In this document: in pieces, positions 25,369 through 32,000 of the stretch | Layout: each line of letters begins with the position of its first letter | How positions within the stretch are numbered: the first letter of the stretch is position 1 | NCBI RefSeq assembly: GCF_000020025.1 | Contig: NC_010628.1 | Coordinates: 390,001-422,000, forward strand | DNA: 32,000 nt | Source of the DNA: Nostoc punctiforme PCC 73102 | GTDB taxonomy: Bacteria; Cyanobacteriota; Cyanobacteriia; Cyanobacteriales; Nostocaceae | Direction: 5' to 3' | Program-made: the position numbers and the translations under genes | The notes under the pieces: generated by a model | Database searches by the model: none | What the model saw: only the letters and a program-made list of their open reading frames with translations | What the model was told of the DNA's origin: nothing

Positions 25369-25590
25369 ATGAATACTGAGCAACCCGATCCATTGATCGA
25401 TTTCTCTCATGCCAAAGAACCTCCTCGCTCTCTTGATATTGATAAAGCTCAAGAGGCAGATCCTATTGAACCAGAAGAAGTTAGTGGAGAGAGTAAGCTA
25501 AATCCTACTCCTGATGATCTGAATAGCGAAGAGCAAGATCCCAGAATCGGGGGTAGTCAAATAATTAGTGGGAATATCTCAGCTGGATAA
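25369..25590 (+). CDS. Possible small acidic, proline-rich protein
   Basis: 73-aa ORF with no motif. It ends 4 nt before the convergent Mut7-C gene. Coding status is uncertain. Confidence 0.3.
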   Translation: MNTEQPDPLIDFSHAKEPPRSLDIDKAQEADPIEPEEVSGESKLNPTPDDLNSEEQDPRIGGSQIISGNISAG

Positions 25591-25594
25591 ATAG

Positions 25595-26353
25595 TTACTC
25601 ACCTTTTTGTGAGTTGAGTACTCCATCAATAAACTGTTGCAATCGTTCATAATGGGAACCTTTCCAATAAATGCGATCGCAGTCTTGGCAACGCTGGAAT
25701 TGATCGATCTGCGATCGCACTTTTTCTGGCACTTGTTCAATAATGGATTGCTTATCTACCCATTCTAATAATCCATTGCAACGCAAACACCGTTTAAATG
25801 GTGTAATTAATTTAAATAAGTCGAAGCGTTGTAGTACTTCTATAATTTGTTCTTGAGGGTTAGTGTTTCTAACGTAGTACCCATGCGTTACCAAACTACG
25901 CATCAATAGACCCTTATCACGAGTCAACAGAATCCGCCCTTGGCTAGAGGATATTTGGGCTAATTTCTCATCTTCGTAGTCATTGCGGTATAAGGTATCG
26001 AAACCTAAAAGTCGTAGAGATGTCGCCAGCTTCCCCAAATGGATATCTACAACAAAATGAATAATACTGAGCGGTTCTGGGAAAACAGAAATGCTTGGTA
26101 TAATGACACTCCTAGCTGAAATTGGATAAACATTGATAGCATCTCCATCCGAAACTATGTAAGAAAAATTTACATATTTACCATTAACATTTATAAAATC
26201 AACTTCGGGATGAGGGACACCTAACGACTCAATCATGTCCTTAATTGAGGCTTTCTCCTCAAAAAAATGAGATATTTTCACCTGCTTGTGATGCCGTGGT
26301 AAAAAATGATTCAATTCTGCATGGAAGTAAAAATATGCGATCGCCATAGCCAC
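25595..26353 (-). CDS. Mut7-C RNase domain protein (N-terminal ubiquitin-like part, PIN-like core, C-terminal zinc ribbon)
   Basis: 252-aa ORF with FVVDIHLGKLATSLRLLGFDTLY, ILLTRDKGLL and RCLRCNGLL...CQDCDRIYWKGSHY. Confidence 0.85.
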   Translation of the reverse strand: MAMAIAYFYFHAELNHFLPRHHKQVKISHFFEEKASIKDMIESLGVPHPEVDFINVNGKYVNFSYIVSDGDAINVYPISARSVIIPSISVFPEPLSIIHFVVDIHLGKLATSLRLLGFDTLYRNDYEDEKLAQISSSQGRILLTRDKGLLMRSLVTHGYYVRNTNPQEQIIEVLQRFDLFKLITPFKRCLRCNGLLEWVDKQSIIEQVPEKVRSQIDQFQRCQDCDRIYWKGSHYERLQQFIDGVLNSQKGE

Positions 26354-26754
26354 AGATATTTGGATTACCCTACTGGCAAGAATTTGTCACAATTGCAAAA
26401 CTCTATCTATTGTATTGAAAAAATCAATACTTGTTAAAGTGATGTATATCTACTATAAAATGCCCATTTACCTTAATTAAAACTATAAAGATTCTCAAAT
26501 ACTTGCATTTATTATTGAGTTCAGTTACAGTCAAATCAGATGCCTATCATCAAACTCTGACATAAGCTTCAGGAAGTTAGATTAGGTAAGAAAGTAAATA
26601 ACAAGTTTGTCAATGTTGATTTAAGTGACGCTGTTAATAATTGGTCACTAGTTTTCAACATTAACTTATCATGGATGAAATATTGACCGCTAAAGCATTT
26701 ACCCCTAATTGGGTTGTTTTTATTTTTCCAATTTAATTGAGAATTATTTGCAAT

Positions 26755-27051
26755 ATGGATAACCTTATAGATATATTAAAAGCAGATAGGAGCGAAATAT
26801 TTTTTAACTTATATTGGCTGATTCCGCATCGGTCTTTAGAAATATATTTTTCAAAGGAAAGACAAAAAACTAGATTTTTATGTATAAAAACAGGATTGCT
26901 AACTAACTATATAAATAACTTCAGCAAAACTTTAAACAAGTATCTTATTGCCAGCAATATTTTTGGTTGTAGTATCGGCTACATTGATATTGCCAGCAAG
27001 TTAATCCTTGGTAACTCTCCAAGTAGGTATTGCGTCTATGTAGAAGATTGA
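26755..27051 (+). CDS. Doubtful ORF inside an AT-rich island
   Basis: 98 codons from ATG 26755 (the track ORF 26737 starts at TTG). No motif is present, and the Lys/Ile/Asn-rich composition is what AT-rich DNA gives by default. Confidence 0.2.
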   Translation: MDNLIDILKADRSEIFFNLYWLIPHRSLEIYFSKERQKTRFLCIKTGLLTNYINNFSKTLNKYLIASNIFGCSIGYIDIASKLILGNSPSRYCVYVED

Positions 27052-27359
27052 ATTTGTTTGATTTTATCCAAGAAAGCAAGTGAAAATTTATAAAATACCA
27101 AATAACAATAAAACTAGATACAAAATTAACGTTGCTCATACGGAAAAATCTATTTTGAAACTATTTATCTTTATTGTGGAGAATTTATTAACCGGAAAGA
27201 CCTCGATCAATAATGATGTTATAAAGTGGCTACCTAATTTTAATAGGGAAATGAATATTGTTCTTTTTTATCTCCTTTAGCCAAGGATATTGTAGTGAAG
27301 AACACAAATGTATTTGGTAATACCTTTTGTCCATAAAATACGCTAATGAGTACAGCGAG

Positions 27360-28337
27360 ATGAATACTTTTTTTTGTTCTGACGATTCACGGCAAGTAGG
27401 AGAAGATGTTATTGGTAGCGCCACCAATTATCAAACTTATATTTTAGTTGAGTGTCCTTTACCTTGGACATCAGAAGCCCTTAATTCCAAATGGGTACCT
27501 CAGAATTTGAGGATTTTGGTAGAGGAAGTAAAGCGTGCTAAACTACCGATTAGATTTCTTTTAATTGCTAATGATGCTTCACACAAGGTAAATCACACTA
27601 CGCTTTTGATTTATCAAAAAGAAGATGGGCTAAGTAATGGATACCAGAAGCAAGAGTTTAAGCTAGCAAATATTGAGCAAGTAGCAGGAGTTGTCCAAAA
27701 GTGGATATGGGGTATCGATTCTAATTTTGAAGTAGAAACTAGTACAACTAGAGATATTTTAGTTTGTACCCACGGTAGCCATGATAAGTGTTGTGCAAGA
27801 TATGGCGCTCCGTTTTACTTTCATGTGACAGCAAGTAATACTGATTTGTGCTTAGATAATGTGCGAATTTGGAAATCATCGCACTTTGGTGGACATCGGT
27901 TTGCACCAACAATCATAGACCTGCCAGAAGGAAGATACTATGGTCGTCTAGATCAAGATTCGTTTAGATCGATTTTGACTCGTACTGGTGATATTCAATG
28001 CTTACATCAAGTCTATCGAGGCTGGGGAATTCTACCTCCTGTACTTCAGGTTTTGGAAAGAGAGTTAATTCTCTATAAAGGATGGGATTGGTTTAACTAC
28101 AAAGTTGCAGGCAAAATTTTAGAGCAAAGTTTAGATAATAGTACTATTTTAGCTGAACTTAGTTTTGAACAACCTTGTGGTTCTCTCTACACTTACCAGG
28201 CTAAACTTGTGAAAGATGAAACTAAGACTCAACAACTGAAGAGTTCATGCAATGCTACACGAGAGTTGGTAGTTACTAAATATGCTGTTGGTAGTTTTTG
28301 GATTACTTCTAGTAAGGTGATGAGTTATAGTACGTAA
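27360..28337 (+). CDS. Sucrase/ferredoxin-like family protein (thioredoxin-like Fe-S fold)
   Basis: The track ORF starts at TTG 27327. I prefer ATG 27360 (MNTFFCSDDSRQ...). Motifs are ILVCTHGSHDKCCARYGAP and SSHFGGHRFAPT. Confidence 0.85.
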   Translation: MNTFFCSDDSRQVGEDVIGSATNYQTYILVECPLPWTSEALNSKWVPQNLRILVEEVKRAKLPIRFLLIANDASHKVNHTTLLIYQKEDGLSNGYQKQEFKLANIEQVAGVVQKWIWGIDSNFEVETSTTRDILVCTHGSHDKCCARYGAPFYFHVTASNTDLCLDNVRIWKSSHFGGHRFAPTIIDLPEGRYYGRLDQDSFRSILTRTGDIQCLHQVYRGWGILPPVLQVLERELILYKGWDWFNYKVAGKILEQSLDNSTILAELSFEQPCGSLYTYQAKLVKDETKTQQLKSSCNATRELVVTKYAVGSFWITSSKVMSYST

Positions 28338-28349
28338 AAGAGGATAGTT

Positions 28350-28493
28350 TTTAAACGCAGAGGGACGCAAAGGGAAGCGCAGAGGAACGCAGAGTATTGC
28401 TAAGTTTAGTTCATTACGAATTAATTAAATACTGTATTTAGTATAACGCTACACAAATTCGTAATAAAATCTTTGCGTCTTTCTACGTTTAAA
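28350..28493. mobile_element. MITE-like element: imperfect 23-bp terminal inverted repeats enclosing about 98 nt
   Basis: TTTAAACGCAGAGGGACGCAAAG (28350-28372) compared with the reverse complement of 28471-28493, TTTAAACGTAGAAAGACGCAAAG, gives 20 of 23 matches. A second direct half-copy, GAAGCGCAGAGGAACGCAGAG, follows the left arm. The element fills the gap between two convergent genes. Confidence 0.5.
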
Positions 28494-28500
28494 TTTCAAA

Positions 28501-30096
28501 TCAAGATGAAGCCATATTTAAGACTTTTCGCAACAGTAATTGGTCTTCTAATTTGGCTTTTAAACGACCATTCTCGATATCTCGAATCCAGCTTTGGCTT
28601 TTACCTGTAAGTTTCGCCAATTCTCTTTGAGAAAGATTCAAATTTTTTCGCGCCTGCAAAATCTGTTCACCCAGTAAATCGTTTGTAGCTTTGGTCTTCT
28701 TTTTAGCTTTAGCAGTTCTTGTTTTCTTTTTTTCCGATTCGGAAATTTGCTGTTCCCATTCTGGTGGAAGTTCAAAAGCTAAAATCCGCGCATTCATGAG
28801 CAGATTCCACTTACCACGGGGGCCTGTGTCTGTGAGGCGAGTTTCAGAACCACCGTCGTTAGTCCAAAATTCTAATGCTTCATCTGGGTCTTCAGGAAGA
28901 TCAATTAACTTTGCCCACAAAGGTTGAATTTCTGGTGGGTAAGTAACTGGATCGAAAAGTGGCTTCATTCCATAGTGATTGAGAATTTCCAAATCGCTTT
29001 CAAAGGTTCGCAACAGACGTTTGCGTTCTTCCCGTTGTCTGGATGCAAGGGCGACTTTTTCTTCACCGTAAGCAATACGCAGCAAGGTAGGAATGGTAAT
29101 GCGTTGTTCTTTGCCCATTTTGGTTTTAAACAGCAACCACAGCATTAACCGGACTGCGCCTTCATGTTGCTGCCAAATGCTCATAACTGTGGTTAGCAGC
29201 GTTTTAGGGAGACTACCATATTGATAGAATGCAGTTCGCTCTTTACATGCTTGTTTGTTTAAGAAATATTGTGCCCATAAGCCTGCTTTGACTTTAAAAG
29301 TTAGCCCAATCAGATATTTGCATCCATGATTGTCTTCTTGAAAGTGGTGCTGAATATCTACTAAGTGCCATAAGCGGCTGTTTGTCACAGAGAATCCGTT
29401 AATTCGCCCTTGTTGGGGCCAGTCAATGGAGATAATCAGGGAGCAAGCTTGCTGGACAAGATTTTTCATTAAAGCTAGCTTGGCAGCTTTGCTCAAATCT
29501 TTGCGTTTCTCCATCCCCAAATATTTCTCGATTTGGCGTTCATCGATCGCAAATTCTTGCTCCCAAGGTTGCTCTAAGGCTGTAGCATAACCCGCAAAAA
29601 TTAGATGTATGCAAGCGGCTCTGATGTCAAGCGCCTCAATTGCTGCTATATCGGTGGCTTTGTCATTAACTTGGAATGGATCTTGGATGTGAAAGGCGAT
29701 CGCACCCTTACCTTGATTAACTTGCCGGCTGTAACATAGATACCCGTCTTCATCGGTTTCCCAATGTAGCGATGTGCGTTGCCCTAGTACATTACAAGCT
29801 TCCCAAATTGCGATCGCAGAAGCAAATGGATTATTCTTGCCGTTAGAAAACAAGTCTAAACTGGTAGAATCTCTCGGTTCAACTTTGCATCTCCCCTTTT
29901 TTGCCTGCCAAGGAATGGGAGACTTAGTTGGACAAGCTATTACACATTGTGGTTCTGAATAATAGCCCTCACAATTATTACAAAGACCAGGATCAACCCA
30001 ATATTCATTGTCCTCTATTTTGATTGCACCCGTAGGACATTGGGGGCGGCAGTTGTCACATCCAACGCAACTGTTGTTAGGAATTGTATAAGGCAT
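28501..30096 (-). CDS. patB: PatB/CnfR-type transcriptional regulator: N-terminal 2x[4Fe-4S] ferredoxin domain plus C-terminal XRE-type HTH
   Basis: The track ORF is 28501..30168. I prefer the ATG at 30096 (MPYTIPNNSCVGCDNCRPQCPTGAIK...). A second cluster reads CNNCEGYYSEPQCVIACP, and the C-terminus reads LSQRELAKLTGKSQSWIRDIENGR. The architecture and ~530-aa length match my memory of Anabaena PatB. Confidence 0.85.
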   Translation of the reverse strand: MPYTIPNNSCVGCDNCRPQCPTGAIKIEDNEYWVDPGLCNNCEGYYSEPQCVIACPTKSPIPWQAKKGRCKVEPRDSTSLDLFSNGKNNPFASAIAIWEACNVLGQRTSLHWETDEDGYLCYSRQVNQGKGAIAFHIQDPFQVNDKATDIAAIEALDIRAACIHLIFAGYATALEQPWEQEFAIDERQIEKYLGMEKRKDLSKAAKLALMKNLVQQACSLIISIDWPQQGRINGFSVTNSRLWHLVDIQHHFQEDNHGCKYLIGLTFKVKAGLWAQYFLNKQACKERTAFYQYGSLPKTLLTTVMSIWQQHEGAVRLMLWLLFKTKMGKEQRITIPTLLRIAYGEEKVALASRQREERKRLLRTFESDLEILNHYGMKPLFDPVTYPPEIQPLWAKLIDLPEDPDEALEFWTNDGGSETRLTDTGPRGKWNLLMNARILAFELPPEWEQQISESEKKKTRTAKAKKKTKATNDLLGEQILQARKNLNLSQRELAKLTGKSQSWIRDIENGRLKAKLEDQLLLRKVLNMASS

Positions 30097-30670
30097 AAGG
30101 CTCTTTTCCCACTCTAATCGTTGAGATGTCTGTCTCAGGTCTCCCCTGGATGAGTCCTGTCTATTCATGACTCGCTACCACATAATCTTTCTGGCGAGAA
30201 AAAATTATTCTCACCATATTCACTCCCCACATCCATATTTTGACTTTGCATCCAATCGGAAGCTATTTAAGGCTTTTAAACCGAACCGGACAAAACTTAT
30301 TTATTAACTATACATTTCATGAAAAAAATGATTAATTTGTTCGTACCAAGCTTAGAAAGATATCTTAATATTCATTTAATTAGTTATTGAATGAACATTT
30401 GAGCTTTAACCATAAAGTGTTTAGAGAACATGTTTAAGCCTGATACGATTGGATTACACCTGATTTATTAATAATCTTAATATTTAAGGCACGATCGGAT
30501 TCTGCCATAAAAATCACAGTTGCTTTATAAATCAATTATGTTTCCTTCATGAATTCATTATATTGATTTAAACGGAAAATCAATATTTATTTTGTCATCA
30601 TTTATATAAATAGTTGAATCAAATTAAATTGCAAATTGTTGCTTTGTAAAATACATATTGCATATATCAA

Positions 30671-30710
30671 AATGTAATCAATGAACATTTGTTTTCGTAT
30701 ATATGTATAC
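30671..30710 (-). promoter_or_regulatory. Candidate NtcA-type promoter facing patB
   Basis: GTATATATGTATAC at 30697-30710. On the minus strand a 20-nt spacer is followed by TACATT (30676-30671). This would give a 5' leader of roughly 500-570 nt, depending on which patB start codon is used. Confidence 0.3.
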
Positions 30711-30900
30711 TGTTTATCTAGATTTCTTTCTTTAAAGCTAAAAGTATTTGAAAAATAATATCATCACTTTTATCGATATACTTGCGTTTACATGAGGCTT
30801 TACTGACAAAGGTAAGTTTCAAACCTGTAATTTATGCGTCTCTTTTTTCTATGCGTTGTATGGAATATAGCTGATTAGCGGCTGCTGTCTCCAGTCAGAT

Positions 30901-30949
30901 ATTGAGTTATAGACTCAATGAATGCGTTCAGATGCTCCGCATCTGAACG
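30901..30949. other. Two adjacent perfect hairpins in the GC-richer core of the patB / fdxB-like intergenic region
   Basis: ATTGAGT-TATAG-ACTCAAT (30901-30919) and CGTTCAGATGC-TCC-GCATCTGAACG (30925-30949). Flanking TGAATGC / GCATTCA could extend the second stem. Confidence 0.4.
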
Positions 30950-31150
30950 AGGTAAACTTAAGCATTCATAATTATTATTGGCAATAATTTGCATTTAGTT
31001 TTATTTCCAAAAATGATTTTTAATTGTGTTCAAAGTCATCGATTTTTTATCAAATAAAAGTGAGTTTTGAATACAAAATAATAAAAGATTAGGATAATAT
31101 GATGATTAATGCACAAACAGATTGATAGGCAAAATTGCCAAGGATTATTA

Positions 31151-31444
31151 ATGGCACAACTAACAGGTTTGACATTTGGCGGTAAAGCTTGGACACCAAA
31201 ATTTGCTCAAGAAATTGACAAAGATAAATGTATCGGCTGTGGCAGATGTGTTAAAGTCTGCGGGTACAATGTGCTAGGTTTGAAGGCACTCAATGAAGAA
31301 GGTGAATTTGTAGAAGACGAAGATGATGAAGAAATTGAACGGAAAGTAATGGCAGTTACTTCTCCAGAAAACTGTATTGGTTGTGAAGCGTGTTCGCGGA
31401 TTTGCCCGAAAAATTGCTACACCCATGTTGCAGTAAATAATTAG
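31151..31444 (+). CDS. fdxB: 2x[4Fe-4S] ferredoxin, nif-associated ferredoxin III type
   Basis: The ATG at 31151 has AAGGA 6 nt upstream; the track ORF starts at 31109. Sequence: [42 protein letters not shown]...[35 protein letters not shown]. Two CxxCxxCxxxC(P) clusters are separated by an acidic insert. Confidence 0.8.
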   Translation: MAQLTGLTFGGKAWTPKFAQEIDKDKCIGCGRCVKVCGYNVLGLKALNEEGEFVEDEDDEEIERKVMAVTSPENCIGCEACSRICPKNCYTHVAVNN

Positions 31445-31544
31445 AGTTTTTACAGTTAGTCCAAATTGTTGTTAATTCAAGGAGGCACTGTTTGTAGAAA
31501 GCGAAAATGCGCTAGGCAAGGTAACTTGAGGGGAATACTAAGTA

Positions 31545-31576
31545 TTTACTGTAACTAATAAATAGTTCACAGTAAA
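31545..31576. other. 13-bp hairpin with one bulge
   Basis: TTTACTGTAACTA (31545-31557), loop ATAAA, then TAGTTCACAGTAAA (31563-31576). No T-run follows. Confidence 0.3.
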
Positions 31577-31739
31577 CAAATCCGTAAATCGTAAAATGTT
31601 AGCTATTAACAAAATTAAACTTGCTGCTAATATAGCCTAATCAATATTAGGTCAACAGTGCCCTCTTGGAATAACTAGCTTTTTTGAAAGCAGGGGGCTA
31701 ACTTTTTCATAGGAGTTGAAATATAATTTGTAATTTTCT

Positions 31740-31783
31740 GGGGGAAGGATATGGAAAAAATCTGGAATTTTCCCCCTTTTTTT
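31740..31783 (+). terminator. GC-rich stem plus a T7 run (terminator-like)
   Basis: GGGGGAA (31740-31746) pairs with TTCCCCC (31770-31776) around a 23-nt loop, followed by TTTTTTT (31777-31783). Confidence 0.45.
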
Positions 31784-31816
31784 ATGGCTGCACGTTAGAA
31801 AGTTAATAAGTGAAAG

Positions 31817-31897
31817 GGGAATGGGAAATGGGAAATGGGGAATGGGGAATAAATAACAATGCCCAATTACCAATTACCAATCCCCAATACCCAGTAC
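31817..31897. repeat. Inverted STRR-like heptamer arrays: 5 units of GGGGAAT/GGGAAAT, then 5 units of CCAATTA/CCAATCC/CCAATAC/CCAGTAC
   Basis: Read directly at 31817-31851 and 31863-31897. The arrays sit just upstream of the coxB-like start. Confidence 0.8.
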
Positions 31898-31931
31898 CTA
31901 TAAAAGACTGTTTACAAAGCAGGTAGCATGT

Positions 31932-32000
31932 ATGCAACAAGTTCCTGTTTCACTATGGACTCTGGTTGCTGGGATAGTAGTTACAGCAATCAGCATTTGG
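31932..32000 (+). CDS. coxB: First 23 codons of a probable cytochrome c oxidase subunit II (continues beyond the window)
   Basis: The ATG at 31932 gives MQQVPVSLWTLVAGIVVTAISIW, open to the window end. This resembles my memory of cyanobacterial CoxB/CtaC N-termini (...IP.SI.TLL.G..LTL.SLW...). The fragment is short, so this is tentative. Confidence 0.45.
   Translation, partial: MQQVPVSLWTLVAGIVVTAISIW

Noticed and set aside
27310-27323. GTATTTGGTAATAC as an NtcA-activated promoter for the sucrase/ferredoxin-like gene
   Set aside because: The GTAN8TAC match is perfect, but no TAN3T lies at a 20-23 nt spacing (the only candidates are at 10 and 15 nt). The ATG at 27360 is only 37 nt away, so the geometry does not fit. 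It may be chance or a repressive site.
30390-30691. Duplicated 12-mer AATGAACATTTG (30390-30401, 30680-30691) as a transcription-factor site pair
   Set aside because: In about 1 kb of ~20-25% GC DNA, one exact 12-mer repeat is not very unlikely by chance. It is kept only as a note inside the intergenic-region finding.
31652-31873. Minus-strand 73-aa ORF
   Set aside because: It is largely encoded by the heptamer arrays and the terminator-like hairpin (FPIPHFPFPIPL...), so it is a repeat artefact.
1-32000. tRNA, rRNA, tmRNA, RNase P RNA, transposase or integrase genes
   Set aside because: I scanned by eye for T-loop-type GGTTCGAAT/GGTTCAAAT motifs and for long non-coding GC-rich blocks and found nothing convincing. 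No ORF resembles a transposase or integrase. An Infernal/tRNAscan run would be needed for certainty.

Overview
This window looks like a chromosomal segment from a filamentous, heterocyst-forming cyanobacterium (Nostocales-like). Supporting signs are about 30 HIP1 palindromes (GCGATCGC, counted by eye), several STRR-type heptamer arrays, petB-petD, a PatB/CnfR-type regulator and an HglK-like pentapeptide-repeat protein.

Most of the window is ordinary core gene content:
- priA (partial), a group 2 sigma factor, a GNAT acetyltransferase, a C-terminal processing protease, and petB-petD
- an RsbW-like kinase, gmd plus a glycosyltransferase, several small envelope or hypothetical proteins, and an RDD-HEAT-pentapeptide membrane protein
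- a beta-barrel protein, malQ, a GNAT-ruvX-DUF1292/DUF3727 set, a YqeG phosphatase, proB, a ROK kinase and a Mut7-C nuclease

The right end carries a nitrogen-fixation / micro-oxic module. It holds a sucrase/ferredoxin-like protein, PatB/CnfR, a ferredoxin III-like gene and the first 23 codons of a coxB-like gene, around a 0.95 kb AT-rich control region.

I found no convincing novel multi-gene system such as a defence island or CRISPR array. The items most worth a second look are:
- a single-base frameshift in malQ
- a histidine-kinase relic split by a 70-nt repeat insertion whose removal restores the frame
- heptamer arrays that contain start codons (proB, GNAT) or sit in frame inside priA
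- a MITE-like inverted repeat and its dispersed relatives
- a GC-rich ROK gene
- an orphan PD-(D/E)xK-like gene and two AT-rich islands
- the structured core of the patB / fdxB-like intergenic region
- three candidate NtcA-type promoters, whose motif is also expected by chance

All calls rest on reading the sequence and remembered family motifs. No database search was run.
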